A stretch of 59,309 nt of DNA from an uncultured virus (IMG/VR IMGVR_UViG_3300021256_000068) (IMGVR_UViG_3300021256_000068); one strand, 5' to 3'. Positions 37,824 through 48,157 are shown, counted from the stretch's first letter. The notes: generated by a model from the letters alone, not told the origin. Numbers and translations: made by a program.

Positions 37824-38123
37824 ATGAAAAACACTCAAAAAACAAACATTATCAATGGTATTACAATTAAGGAAATCAAGCCTTACACTGAATATGTAGC
37901 AACTCTACACGTTAAAAAAGGCGAAAAGGTAGTCAATAAAGTAGTTATCTTTATGCAGACTAATGACGGACTTGTAGCACTTAAAGGCTATGACCAAAAT
38001 CAAAAATTATATGGAGAGCCTAACAAAATCCATATTAGCGAAAAGAATAACACTATTCGAGTAGCAACTGAACAAGATTTTAGAGATTTTGGAAAACACA
38101 TTAATCTAATATCAAGACCATAA
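37824..38123 (+). CDS. Hypothetical early protein
   Basis: GAAAGGGG RBS; TAA stop. Confidence 0.7.
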   Translation: MKNTQKTNIINGITIKEIKPYTEYVATLHVKKGEKVVNKVVIFMQTNDGLVALKGYDQNQKLYGEPNKIHISEKNNTIRVATEQDFRDFGKHINLISRP

Positions 38124-38188
38124 GGCTAAGGGCGAAAGCCCTTAACCACAACTAAAAATATGCTTAAAAAGGAAAAGGAGAAAATAAT

Positions 38189-38539
38189 ATGAAAAGCGTA
38201 GTAGTTAGAGAAGTTAATTCATCAAGAGTAAATGACAAGGTTGTTGAGGTTTTAATTGAAGCAACTAATCAATTCACAGGAGAGATTTATGAAGCAAAGG
38301 GTTATGCTCGTTGCTCAAGCAAGGACAAGTTTATATTTGAAAAAGGTAAGGCTATTGCTGGTATAAGAGCCGTAAGAAAGGTATTACAACATATGCAAAG
38401 AGATTATAAAATCTTTATTGCAAAGCCATATATTTCAAACCCGACGGAATTATATTATAGAAAATGTATCAATGAATTACTAGCAATTCACGACGACTTA
38501 CAATTCGCAAATGAGTCATTAACATTAATGCAATTATAA
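38189..38539 (+). CDS. Phage protein with dsRBD-like fold motif
   Basis: GYARCSSKDKF...GKAIAGIRA resembles the common phage G.A.C...D.F....G..IA..RA family. Confidence 0.55.
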   Translation: MKSVVVREVNSSRVNDKVVEVLIEATNQFTGEIYEAKGYARCSSKDKFIFEKGKAIAGIRAVRKVLQHMQRDYKIFIAKPYISNPTELYYRKCINELLAIHDDLQFANESLTLMQL

Positions 38540-38546
38540 AAATATC

Positions 38547-38578
38547 AAAAGACCCGACGGAAAGGGTCTTTTTTCTTT
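38547..38578 (+). terminator. Intrinsic terminator incorporating the CCCGACGGAA motif
   Basis: AAAAGACCC-GACGGAAA-GGGTCTTTTTT. Confidence 0.8.
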
Positions 38579-38986
38579 GCTCCGTCAATTACCCGACGGA
38601 ACGTGGCGCCGAATTGAAGCTGCAGCTCGTGATTTTTTCGGCGGTTTCCGTCGGGTGATTGTGAGATTGCGGAATTCCGTCGGGTGGTGATTCGTTTGCG
38701 TTGTTCCGTCGGGTTGGGTTACGTTTTGTGTCATTCCGTCGGGTAGTATTATTTATTTTATTTTTTATTAGGTTTATTTATAAAAGAAAAGAATAATAAG
38801 AAAAGAAAAAAATTTTTAAAAAAATATAAAATAAGTATTGACAATGTTTTTTATAGTGATATAATGAATGTGTAAGTTGAAAACGAAAACTTACAAAAAT
38901 AAAAAATTAAAAAACTTAAAAATACTACTTGACAATAGAAAAATTAAGTAGTATAATTAAGGTGTAAAGTGAAAGGGGAAATGAAT

Positions 38987-39439
38987 ATGTTAAAAAGAAA
39001 AAAGTATATCACTATTTATGTTGATATGGACGACACTATCGCTGATTTCAATGGTGTTGAAAACGCCGTTGCTAGATTTAGAGAAGAGCCTAATTTCTTC
39101 TTTAAGTTAAAGCCACTAGAAAAAAACTTAAATGCTATTAAACAAGCACTAGAAAACCCTGTTTTTAGAGTGTTTATCTTAACTGCAAGTCCTAGTGAAC
39201 GTTGCGATAATGACAAGCGTTTATGGTTAGCAAAATATTTGCCAAAACTACCAAAGAAAAACATTATATGTTGTAGAATAGGCGAGAATAAAGGCGATTA
39301 TATGAAATATAAAGGTGCTTTATTAGATGACTATGGCAAGAATGTAAGACAATGGCAAGAAACTACTAAATGCAACGCATACAAAATCGAGTATGACGGA
39401 AAAATTGAAAGTGTGTTAAATATGTTAGTTGCTAGATAA
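38987..39439 (+). CDS. HAD-family 5'(3')-deoxyribonucleotidase-like protein
   Basis: VDMDDTIADF, ILTASP, K and LLDDY HAD motifs. Confidence 0.85.
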   Translation: MLKRKKYITIYVDMDDTIADFNGVENAVARFREEPNFFFKLKPLEKNLNAIKQALENPVFRVFILTASPSERCDNDKRLWLAKYLPKLPKKNIICCRIGENKGDYMKYKGALLDDYGKNVRQWQETTKCNAYKIEYDGKIESVLNMLVAR

Positions 39440-39475
39440 TTCTAGCAACTAGCACAAAATAGAAAGGAGAAAACT

Positions 39476-39691
39476 ATGATAGTAGATACATACAAAGTTA
39501 TGAATATTCGTTTAAGTCGAGAAGAATGTAAGACTTTAGAAGAAGCACTTAACATTATAAGAAACATAAATCGAGAAATAGACGAATGTCACGACGCCGA
39601 CGAAGTCCGTTTAAGTGACGATGATGATGCAGACTTACTTAATAAAATTAGTAATGCTGTTGACGAATTAGGTTGTTTAATAGAATTCTAA
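39476..39691 (+). CDS. Small acidic hypothetical protein
   Basis: AAAGGAG RBS; TAA stop. Confidence 0.7.
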   Translation: MIVDTYKVMNIRLSREECKTLEEALNIIRNINREIDECHDADEVRLSDDDDADLLNKISNAVDELGCLIEF

Positions 39692-40126
39692 AAATTACCC
39701 GACGGAAGTTGGGTTTTCTTTTTCCGTTAAATTTTCCCGGCGGAAATTTTTGGGCGGTTGTCCGTCGAGTTTGATTATTATTGGAAAGTTCCGTCGGGTA
39801 TGAATGAGATTTTGCCGCGTCCGTCGGGTTAGATTATTTTCTAGTGTGTGTATGTGTGCGTGTGAAAAAAGAAAAATAAATAAAAAGAAAAAGTTTTTGT
39901 TGACAAGTTTTTGTTTTGTGTTATAATGTAATTGTGAGGTGAGGAAAAATGAAAAATAAAAATAAAGTAATTCCTAATAAATTTCATTTAAATATACAAA
40001 TTAGATATAGAACTCTTATTCAAGAGAATAAGAAAATATATAATAGAAAAAAATTTAAAAAAGTTATTGACACTGAAAATTATTAGTGGTATAATTAAGT
40101 TGTAAGATATGAAAGGGGAAATAATT

Positions 40127-40408
40127 ATGGAAAACTTACAAGAGAAAAAAGGAAATAAAGTTAAAAGGGCGTTCAATATTGAACACAAATATAAGTTTGA
40201 GTTTAATGATATTAGAGCAGTTTTAACTGTATTAAATGTTATACTTATTATGACTTTTGGATTAAGCATTGCGTGGTTTGGTCTAGCAATAAGTTTAATC
40301 GGTTTTATTAAAGATTTGGCTACTGATAGACATATTAATGGTATTGTTATGCACTTATCTACAATAGCATTAAATGTTTACTTTATCATATTAGCAATGG
40401 GAGCGTGA
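40127..40408 (+). CDS. Small membrane protein (ends at TGA; would extend to 40444 if read through)
   Basis: Three hydrophobic segments; GAAAGGGG RBS. Confidence 0.7.
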   Translation: MENLQEKKGNKVKRAFNIEHKYKFEFNDIRAVLTVLNVILIMTFGLSIAWFGLAISLIGFIKDLATDRHINGIVMHLSTIALNVYFIILAMGA

Positions 40409-40412
40409 TTTT

Positions 40413-40736
40413 ATGATTATATTAGAAATAAAACAATCTTATAAAAATGGTTGTGATATAAAGCAAATATCAATTGAAATTGATAATGAGTATCGAGTAT
40501 TTAATAAAATATTAAAAACAAGAAAAACAATTGAAGCAATAAAAGAAGAAATAGAGTTTGCTCTTGAAAGAATTATTGCAGACTATACAAAAGATTATAG
40601 AAATACTGATAATATAACCTATGATTATTTTATTACTTCTAACGATGATAGATTATATCAATATACAATTTATAACTTATTAGAAAAGAATATTCGTATT
40701 TCAAAAATCACTCGCAACTATGAAGATGTAGCTTAA
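40413..40736 (+). CDS. Hypothetical early protein
   Basis: GGAG RBS; TAA stop followed by a motif-containing terminator. Confidence 0.65.
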   Translation: MIILEIKQSYKNGCDIKQISIEIDNEYRVFNKILKTRKTIEAIKEEIEFALERIIADYTKDYRNTDNITYDYFITSNDDRLYQYTIYNLLEKNIRISKITRNYEDVA

Positions 40737-41029
40737 CCCGACGGATGTTGGGTTTTTCTTTTGTCTTTTCGTCGACCCGACGGAACGTGGCGGGGTTTGG
40801 CCGCTGCGAGCTGTGAACGTTTGGGCGGTTTCCGTCGGGTGCGTAAATAAATTAAAAAGTTTGCGGCGTTCCGTCGGGTAATTGTGCGGAGAAAATTCCG
40901 TCGGGTGAATGAAAATTTTGCCGCTTTCCGTCGGGTAAGATTATTTCTTATATATTATTTTTTATATTGTTTCATTTAGATAAAGAAAAGAATATATATA
41001 AGAAAAGAAAAATTTTTATCTTTTTTCTA

Positions 41030-41423
41030 TTGACATTAAAAAATAAAGTATTATAATAATAAATGTAAGTTGCGAATGACTTACAAAATAAATTAAAATA
41101 TTTTAAAAATAATTATTGACAATATAAAAATATTTGATATAATTAAATTGTAAGTTAAACAAAAACAACTTACAAAAAATATTTTAAAAAACTTAAAAAT
41201 ACTACTTGACAATAAAAAATAAAGTAGTATAATATAAGTGTAAGTTAGAGATAACTTAAAAAATTATATCACTTAAAAAACTTAAAAATAATTTAAAAAA
41301 GTTATTGACAAGTTAAAAATTAAGTGATATAATAAAGGTGTAAAAGATAAGAGATACCTTAAAATCTCAAATCTTAAAAAATTAAAAATACCACTTGACA
41401 AGCCAAATCAAGTATGGTATAAT
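41030..41423 (+). promoter_or_regulatory. Five tandem sigma-A-type promoters
   Basis: TTGACA at 41030, 41116, 41206, 41305 and 41395, each with TATAAT 16-17 bp downstream. Confidence 0.9.
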
Positions 41424-41486
41424 AAAAATGTAAAAGGAAAGGGTGCTAGTAAGACCTGATACGGCATAGCATAAAGGTGTAAAATT

Positions 41487-41789
41487 ATGGCAAAAACAAC
41501 TTGGAGTATGAATGACACTCAAAAGGCATTCTTAGGTGCATTATCTAATGGTGGTTTAACATTAGAGCAAATCAATAATGGTAGAGAAACTGAGATTAAG
41601 ACAGGCTCTATTAATACATTAATCGGTAAGGGTTATGTAACAACTGAAGATGCTGATTTCCCAGCAACTGAAACTTTAGTGGTTAAGTATCCCGACGGAA
41701 CTGAAATCACTAAGACTAAGGACAAGACTGTATCTCGTAAGGTCTATACCTTAACTGATAAGGCTAAAACTGAATTAGGGATTGAATAA
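41487..41789 (+). CDS. Winged-helix-like protein, paralog 1
   Basis: W.MN..QK.F..AL...IKTGSINTL..KGYV, long beta hairpin, RKVY.L; homologous to 42747, 46494 and 49487. Confidence 0.65.
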   Translation: MAKTTWSMNDTQKAFLGALSNGGLTLEQINNGRETEIKTGSINTLIGKGYVTTEDADFPATETLVVKYPDGTEITKTKDKTVSRKVYTLTDKAKTELGIE

Positions 41790-42250
41790 TCCCTAATCGG
41801 TTAAACCGATAAACTCAAACCCGACGGCATGCGTGTCGGCGGTAGCCGAAAGGACTAGGTTTCCTCCCCTTATGCCCTAGTCCGTTCGAGTACCACTGAC
41901 AATGGTATGTTCCGTTGAACCCGACGGAGTCACCAAAGGGCGTATACTTCTGCGAAAAGTAGGTTCTTATGAGATTTTTATTGCCAAAAATAAAAAACTC
42001 CATTGGTATGGTGCAACATACTTTCATCTTGCAGGTAAGTGCAAGAGGTCTTCAATTGATTTATGCGACTCCTTAATAAGTCAATGCCGCGAACCCGACG
42101 GTTGATCAAATCGGGTTGACTTGGCAGTTCATCCTTGGAATTGTCTGCTATACCAAAAGTGCAGGTTGACAGGTGGGAAAGTTGCCATCTGCTAAGGCAA
42201 AAGAGAGTGATTGCTGAAAGACCCGACGGACGCGTCGGTGTTTTTTCTTT
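41790..42250 (+). ncRNA. Putative structured RNA downstream of wHTH paralog 1
   Basis: No credible ORF; dense hairpins; shares elements with 43167-43750; ends in a terminator. Confidence 0.5.
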
Positions 42251-42505
42251 TCCCCTTGGGAACGTGGCGACCCGGCGGAAGCAAGCTGCGTAAACTTTCA
42301 GGCGGTTTCCGTCGGGTACGTGTTAAAAATGGGTCGTTCCGTCGGGTGAGTAAGTTTTGCCGCGTAATACGTTTCCGTCGGGTATCATTCCAAATTGGTC
42401 GTTTCCGTCGGGATACTATTATATTTATTTAGTTTAATAGGATTAAATAAAAAAAGAAAAATAAACAAAAGAAAAAAGATTTTTAAAAATTTTATAACTT
42501 TTTTA

Positions 42506-42717
42506 TTGACAATGTTTTTTAAAGTGATATAATGAAATTGTAAAGTTGAGATGACAAAAAATCTTAACTTGAAAAAAATTAAAAAAATTAAAAATATCAC
42601 TTGACATAAAAAATTAAAGTGATATAATAAATGTGTAAATAGATACAACGACTTAAAAATACTAGTTGAAAAAAGTTAAAAATATCTATTGACAAAGAAA
42701 ATCAGTTATGGTATAAT
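42506..42717 (+). promoter_or_regulatory. Three tandem sigma-A-type promoters
   Basis: TTGACA at 42506, 42601 and 42689, each with TATAAT. Confidence 0.85.
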
Positions 42718-42746
42718 AAAGATGTAAGTTGATAGGAGGTATAATT

Positions 42747-43166
42747 ATGGCAACTACACAAAAAACTACTACTACTACTCGTAAGGAATGGCAACCTAAC
42801 GAAAAACAAACTATGTTTATGAACGCTTTAAAGGTGCTAGGCACAGCAACTTTTAGAGTAATCAAGAATTATATTCTTGAAAATAACGGCGAAACTATCG
42901 CAACAGGCTCAGTCAATGTATTGACTACAAAGCAATATGTCGGCACAAGAGAAGAGTTGTTTGATGTTGAAACAACAACAACATATCACTACCCAACGGG
43001 CGATATTGTTGAAACTAAAAAGTCTAAAAAGACTGAAAAGGTTTACTTCTTAATCGCTGAAGCCGATAGACAAACATTTGCACAGACAAATGCAAAGGTC
43101 GATAAAAAGGACATCCCGGCGGAAGATGACCTAGATGAAGATGACCTAGTCGATATGGAAGATTAG
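42747..43166 (+). CDS. Winged-helix-like protein, paralog 2 (acidic tail)
   Basis: EWQPNEKQTMFMNAL...IATGSVNVL...EKVYFL; AGGAGG RBS. Confidence 0.65.
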   Translation: MATTQKTTTTTRKEWQPNEKQTMFMNALKVLGTATFRVIKNYILENNGETIATGSVNVLTTKQYVGTREELFDVETTTTYHYPTGDIVETKKSKKTEKVYFLIAEADRQTFAQTNAKVDKKDIPAEDDLDEDDLVDMED

Positions 43167-43750
43167 AAATAATCTTCCAGCCCTACGGGGTATGAGCAAA
43201 CCCGACGGAACAGGCTTAGGTTGGCAACCTATAAAGGTTTCCTATCAGGCGGGATAGTGCCTAACTATCTGGGAAGAATAGCCATTTCATACTTAAACGT
43301 TGCAAGAGTGCGGAAAGAATTAACTTGATACACTTATCGAAATACCCGACGGATTGGCAAACGCGAGTTGCTCGATAACTTAACGGCAATTAGTAATATT
43401 TCAGGGTTTCAATAGGCTAATGAAACTCGTCCTACCCGACGGAAGTCGGCGGTAGCGAAAAGGATTGGACTTCCCCTTTCCAATTCCTTTCGGTGCCGAC
43501 GGACACCAATTAAATACATACACAATACCTTAGACAAGTAGTTGTGCCGTTTTCGGTGGAGCGTCACCTTTATCGTAAAAATTAAAAAACGGGGTAGAGA
43601 GGGTGACCTACTAAAAAAATGCCTCGTATATGTTATGTACGAAAACCATAACGCCCATTCTGCGAAAGTGAATGCGGTTTCGGAGTACCGTTGAACCCGA
43701 CGGAGGGCACTAGAGAGTCTTGAAAAATCTAGTGCCTTTTGTGCTTTTAT
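43167..43750 (+). ncRNA. Putative structured RNA downstream of wHTH paralog 2
   Basis: No ORF; many hairpins; terminator GGCACTAGA...TCTAGTGCCTTTT. Confidence 0.5.
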
Positions 43751-44007
43751 TGTTTCCGTCGGGTTTGAACGTGGTCGCCGTTTTCAAGCAGGGCTTATAA
43801 ATTTTTAGGCGGTTTCCGTCGGGTAGTTCCTTTAATTGTGTTGTGCGGATTTCCGTCGGGTTTGGTTCTAATTCGAATTTCCGTCGGGTATTAATCATTT
43901 TTCGCCGCAACCGTCGGGTTAGCTTATTTACATTTTAATTTTTATATTGATTAAATAAATAAAAGAAAGAAATAAACAAAGAAAGAAAAAGTTTTTTATT
44001 TTTTCTA

Positions 44008-44214
44008 TTGACATACTAAAAATATTTGATATAATAAGTGTGTAAGTTGATAAAACAAACGACTTAAAAAATAATTTGAAAAAAATTAAAAATAATACTT
44101 GACATTAAAAATTAAAGTGTTATAATTAAGTTGTAAGTTGAAAACGACTTACAAAAAATAAAATTAAAAAAATTAAAAATTATACTTGACATTAAAAATC
44201 AGTTATGATATAAT
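44008..44214 (+). promoter_or_regulatory. Three tandem sigma-A-type promoters
   Basis: TTGACA at 44008, 44099 and 44186, each with TATAAT. Confidence 0.85.
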
Positions 44215-44245
44215 GAAAGTGTAAAAAGGAAAGGGTGTATTTATT

Positions 44246-45013
44246 ATGAATATCTGTGTATTTGATACTGAAACAGTAGGAAAGGTTAGTCAAGATTTAC
44301 TTAATGTAGGCTATAAAATCATTGACTTAAATGTGCAAAAAGGCACTTATGAAACTCTTGTAGAGCGTGATTATTTAGTGGGAAAACTATTTAATAACAC
44401 TATCTATATGATTAATGATGATTTTGTAGGTGCTGAAAAATACGGCAAGTATGTATTAGCATTAAAGCAAAAGAAAATCATTAAGCGTGGTATTTCTCAA
44501 ATTATGGAAACTATGAGAAATGACTTTAAAAAGCATAATGTATTATTTAGTTATGCTTATAATAACAAGTTTGATATGGATAAGTTTGAAAAAACTTGCA
44601 ATCAATTAGAGTGCGAAAATCCTATTAAAACTGCAACTTGCTTTGATATATGGGCTTATGCTTGTCAATATATTGTTGATACTCCTGAATATCAAGAATG
44701 GGCTAAAAATAACGAGGTATTTACTGAAAGTGGTGCTTATATCTCAACTAGCGTTGAAAGTGTAATTAAGTATTTAAACAACGATTTAGAGTTCGTTGAA
44801 GACCATACGGCATTAAGTGATGTGCAATGGGAAACAAAAATACTTGTGGAATGTGTAAAGCGTGGTTGTGATATTACAAGACCAATGCCATTAAAAAGAT
44901 ATTTCGCAAGTGAAAAAATAAATAAGAAAACTATCAAACTTCCCGACGGAAAAGAGATAGAAGTTGAATATCAAAAATCTTATGAAAGAAACGGGGTTAT
45001 CTCTTATAAGTAA
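44246..45013 (+). CDS. DEDDh 3'-5' exonuclease
   Basis: FDTET (Exo I), AYNNKFD (Exo II), HTALSD (Exo III). Confidence 0.85.
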   Translation: MNICVFDTETVGKVSQDLLNVGYKIIDLNVQKGTYETLVERDYLVGKLFNNTIYMINDDFVGAEKYGKYVLALKQKKIIKRGISQIMETMRNDFKKHNVLFSYAYNNKFDMDKFEKTCNQLECENPIKTATCFDIWAYACQYIVDTPEYQEWAKNNEVFTESGAYISTSVESVIKYLNNDLEFVEDHTALSDVQWETKILVECVKRGCDITRPMPLKRYFASEKINKKTIKLPDGKEIEVEYQKSYERNGVISYK

Positions 45014-45066
45014 GAGATAGCCCATACCCCTTCCCGACGGAAGTGGGCGGTTGAAAGGAGCAAATT

Positions 45067-45351
45067 ATGGAACAATTATTATGGGAATGTATTTATAAAA
45101 ATACAGATGATAATCAAATATATGCTGAAAGATTTGAGGCAACTAATGCAGTTAATGCACTATATCAACTATCACAATATCTTAATGATAAATGTGCTTT
45201 CGTACCATTAGGCGTAAAACCAATAATATGTAGTACAAACATTAGAAGTCTAAAATATGCTCGTTGGTTAAATGACGCTCGTAAGTTTCACAGTGATATT
45301 GAGGGAACAATAAGATATTATGAAAATGATTTAATCGGGGTTATTGAATAA
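45067..45351 (+). CDS. Hypothetical early protein
   Basis: AAAGGAG RBS. Confidence 0.65.
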   Translation: MEQLLWECIYKNTDDNQIYAERFEATNAVNALYQLSQYLNDKCAFVPLGVKPIICSTNIRSLKYARWLNDARKFHSDIEGTIRYYENDLIGVIE

Positions 45352-45373
45352 CCCCGACGGAAAGGAGAAAAAT

Positions 45374-45595
45374 ATGATAACTGTATATGTAGTAATTAAT
45401 TCACAAGATGGAGAAGTGCTTGGAGTATACCTTTCTGAAGATAGTGCAATAGGTGCTATCATACAATATGCTGTCGATAATAAACTTGATTTTTCAACAA
45501 GAACTTTTGAAAGAAGTGAATATGACCCAACTTATAGTTATGTTACAATAGATGGTTGCGAACATACTATTGTCGAAAGACAATTAATTAACTAA
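45374..45595 (+). CDS. Hypothetical early protein
   Basis: AAAGGAG RBS; VYVV...VLGVY.SE..A pattern common in small phage proteins. Confidence 0.65.
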   Translation: MITVYVVINSQDGEVLGVYLSEDSAIGAIIQYAVDNKLDFSTRTFERSEYDPTYSYVTIDGCEHTIVERQLIN

Positions 45596-46217
45596 CCCGA
45601 CGGTTAGTTTTTTCTTTTGGGCGGTTTCCGCCGGGTCTAATTTCAATAAGGTTTACCGCCTAAATTCCGTCGGGTCTTCCCCAAATATTATTAGTCATTT
45701 TCATCATTTTCACAAATTATATTCGTTATTTCATTCCATTTTTCGAATAATATTTTATTGTAAGCGTTTTCACATAATTTTTATTCAATTTTCAGTATTT
45801 TTCATTAATCCCACTTATCCGTCGGGTTGGCGCCGCACATCACAAACAAGTAAGCGTTTTCTGTCTTTTGCCGTTCCGTCGGGTGACATCATGAAAACGT
45901 TTTCAGTAAAGTTAGTCTTGACAAACTCTTTCTCCTAAATTCTTCTGCTTTTCTCCTATGTAAGCGCTTACAATGGGAGAAAACCGTGATTATCATCGTC
46001 CGCCGGGTAGAATGAAAACGTTTTCACTAATTTTCTCTTGACAGCGTCCGCCGGGTTTGTAGTGTTTTTTATTGCAGTACAAATCGGGGCTTGTTGACCG
46101 CGCTTTACGGACACTTGGTGAGGACACCAAAGGTGTCCGACCGTGGCGGACAGCAGCAGCAGCAGCTCGTAAACTTTCGCACAAAAATGAAAACGTTTTC
46201 ATAAAACCTGCAAAGTA

Positions 46218-46462
46218 TTGACAAAGCGCGCGAAAGGTTGTATAATATAAGTGTAATAAGGTAGAAGAAGTAATAATAAAACCTTGTTCGGCAATATCAT
46301 ACACGCGTTCGTGAGAAAATACAAAAATTAAAGTAAAAAAGTATTGACTTACCCCGCAAACTATGATATAATATAAGTGTAATAAGGTAGTAAGAGATAT
46401 AAAAAAATTAAAAAAATTAATTGAAAATATATCTTGACAGACCTTATGAATTGTGGTATAAT
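46218..46462 (+). promoter_or_regulatory. Three tandem sigma-A-type promoters
   Basis: TTGAC(A/T)-17-TATAAT at 46218, 46344 and 46434. Confidence 0.85.
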
Positions 46463-46493
46463 ATAATTGTAAAGGAAAGGTAAGGTAATAATT

Positions 46494-46769
46494 ATGGCAC
46501 AAAAGACATGGACAATGAATGAAACTCAAAAGGATTTTATGGACACTTTAAAGGAAATGGGTAGAGCCGTAACTTTAATGGAAATCGAAGCAGTAACTGG
46601 TAAGGCTTTCAAGACTGGTACTATCAACACATTAGTAGCTAAGGAATTAGTAAAGACTGAAGATGTTGATTTAACTTACACTGAAACTAGAACTTTCAAG
46701 TTCGGCGATAAGGAAACTACTTTAACTGCAACTAAGACTATCACTCGTAAGGCTTACAGATTAGCCTAG
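46494..46769 (+). CDS. Winged-helix-like protein, paralog 3
   Basis: MAQKTWTMNETQKDF...FKTGTINTLVAKELV...RKAYRL. Confidence 0.7.
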   Translation: MAQKTWTMNETQKDFMDTLKEMGRAVTLMEIEAVTGKAFKTGTINTLVAKELVKTEDVDLTYTETRTFKFGDKETTLTATKTITRKAYRLA

Positions 46770-47528
46770 TCCTCTTGGCTTTAAGGAAACCGACACGCCA
46801 CTAAACAACGGAACCTTTACTATTCGCTCATGCTGGAGGCAATAGTTCATATACATCTAGCAATATCTAGGGAACAGTAATGTTCCCTTTTTTCTATTGC
46901 CAAAATGTTGGTCCGTCGGGTGATAAACAAATAAAATTCAGGTTTTTCCATTATTTTTCTAATTTTATTCGTATGAAAACGTTTTCATCAAAATTTTATT
47001 GTAAATTGATTCCTTTTGACCGAATTTTGTTCGTTTTTGCATCATTTTCATTATTTTCACCACATTTTATGCGCATGAACCCGACTTTTCGCCGCAATCA
47101 CACAATAATTTGAAACATTTTGCATATTATAACTTAAAAGCAGCTGTAATTTGCAGGTTTTTAGTAAAAATTTTGGGTTTCATCTGGGACCGAGGCGCGC
47201 ATTTTACGGGGCAATTTCTAGTCATTGCGAGTGAAATAACATTGCGATCCTTTTCTATTCACTGTGGAGTGTTTTCTAAATATCACACGTAAACGCTAAA
47301 AATGGCAGGAGAAAAAGAAAATGCGGGAAAAGTGAAGAAATTTTACGGATTTTTGAAAATTTTGTTGACAAACACGTAAACTTTGGCGCACGTGTATACC
47401 ACTCCCCTAGTCAATATTTCTTGATATTCCAATATTTTTCCCTAAAATCATCAATTTTTCATTGACAAACAGCAAAAACTAATATATAATAATATTGTAA
47501 TAAGATAAAGGAGATAAAGAAAATAATT

Positions 47529-47756
47529 ATGGAAAAGAAGGTCTATCAAGTCAGATATTCAATCAAAGATAAAGAAACCAAAAGAGTAAAAACTAGACGT
47601 ATCTATAATGTAATGGCAACAGACCTAAAAGATATAGAAGACATATTGCAAGAAAAATGGTTTATGTATGAAATAGAGATAAATGATGTATTGAATGAAT
47701 GGAGTTTAGAAGAGTACATCAAAGCAAAAGATAATACAGTATTGGTATATAGATAG
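47529..47756 (+). CDS. Hypothetical early protein
   Basis: Promoter at 47462; TAG stop. Confidence 0.65.
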   Translation: MEKKVYQVRYSIKDKETKRVKTRRIYNVMATDLKDIEDILQEKWFMYEIEINDVLNEWSLEEYIKAKDNTVLVYR

Positions 47757-47815
47757 GAAAGAAAGGAAAGCCGAAGCGGAGGTCCTCAGACCGAAGCGGA
47801 GGCGTGGTAATACAA

Positions 47816-48157
47816 ATGAAACAAAAATATATGAGAGTAGAATTAGGAACTGGATATTGCGGCGAGGATTCAGTACAATACTACAAGTTAGCGGATCAAA
47901 ACCAGATTGAACCAACCCAACAAGATTGGGAACGTTATCAAGAAATGGCATTAGACCATAATGAAAGTTATGGTCGTGAATTTGCTGATTGGTGTGAAGA
48001 ACACGATTTAGACCCAGATGAAGATAATGGTGAATATTGGGATGAATATGCAATCCATTGTGCTGAACACGGCTACATTGAAATCATTGAAGCAGACCCA
48101 GAAGATGAAGATGATTCAACATTTGATGATGGTTTTTTAGAGGATTGTGAATGGTGA
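47816..48157 (+). CDS. Highly acidic small protein (ends at TGA; 3 more codons if read through)
   Basis: D/E-rich with spaced aromatic residues; GGAGG upstream. Confidence 0.7.
   Translation: MKQKYMRVELGTGYCGEDSVQYYKLADQNQIEPTQQDWERYQEMALDHNESYGREFADWCEEHDLDPDEDNGEYWDEYAIHCAEHGYIEIIEADPEDEDDSTFDDGFLEDCEW

Larger units (their letters stand above)
37238..46920. repeat. Dispersed polar repeat CCCGACGGAA/TTCCGTCGGG, about 50 copies, with seven intergenic clusters
   Basis: By eye about 23 forward and about 29 reverse copies; clusters near 37300-37580, 38550-38745, 39700-39830, 40735-40935, 42220-42415, 43695-43920 and 45595-45885. Confidence 0.95.
45759..46987. promoter_or_regulatory. Cluster of cre-like (CcpA/LacI-family) operators
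   Basis: TGWAA(A/G)CG(T/C)TTWCA-type sites at 45759, 45849 (degenerate), 45892, 45959, 46013, 46188 and 46974. Confidence 0.65.

Noticed and set aside
37436..43910. ORFs 37436-37690, 42211-42432 and 43710-43910 with FRRV or PDG repeats
   Set aside because: They are translations of the DNA motif, lack an RBS and overlap terminators or promoters.
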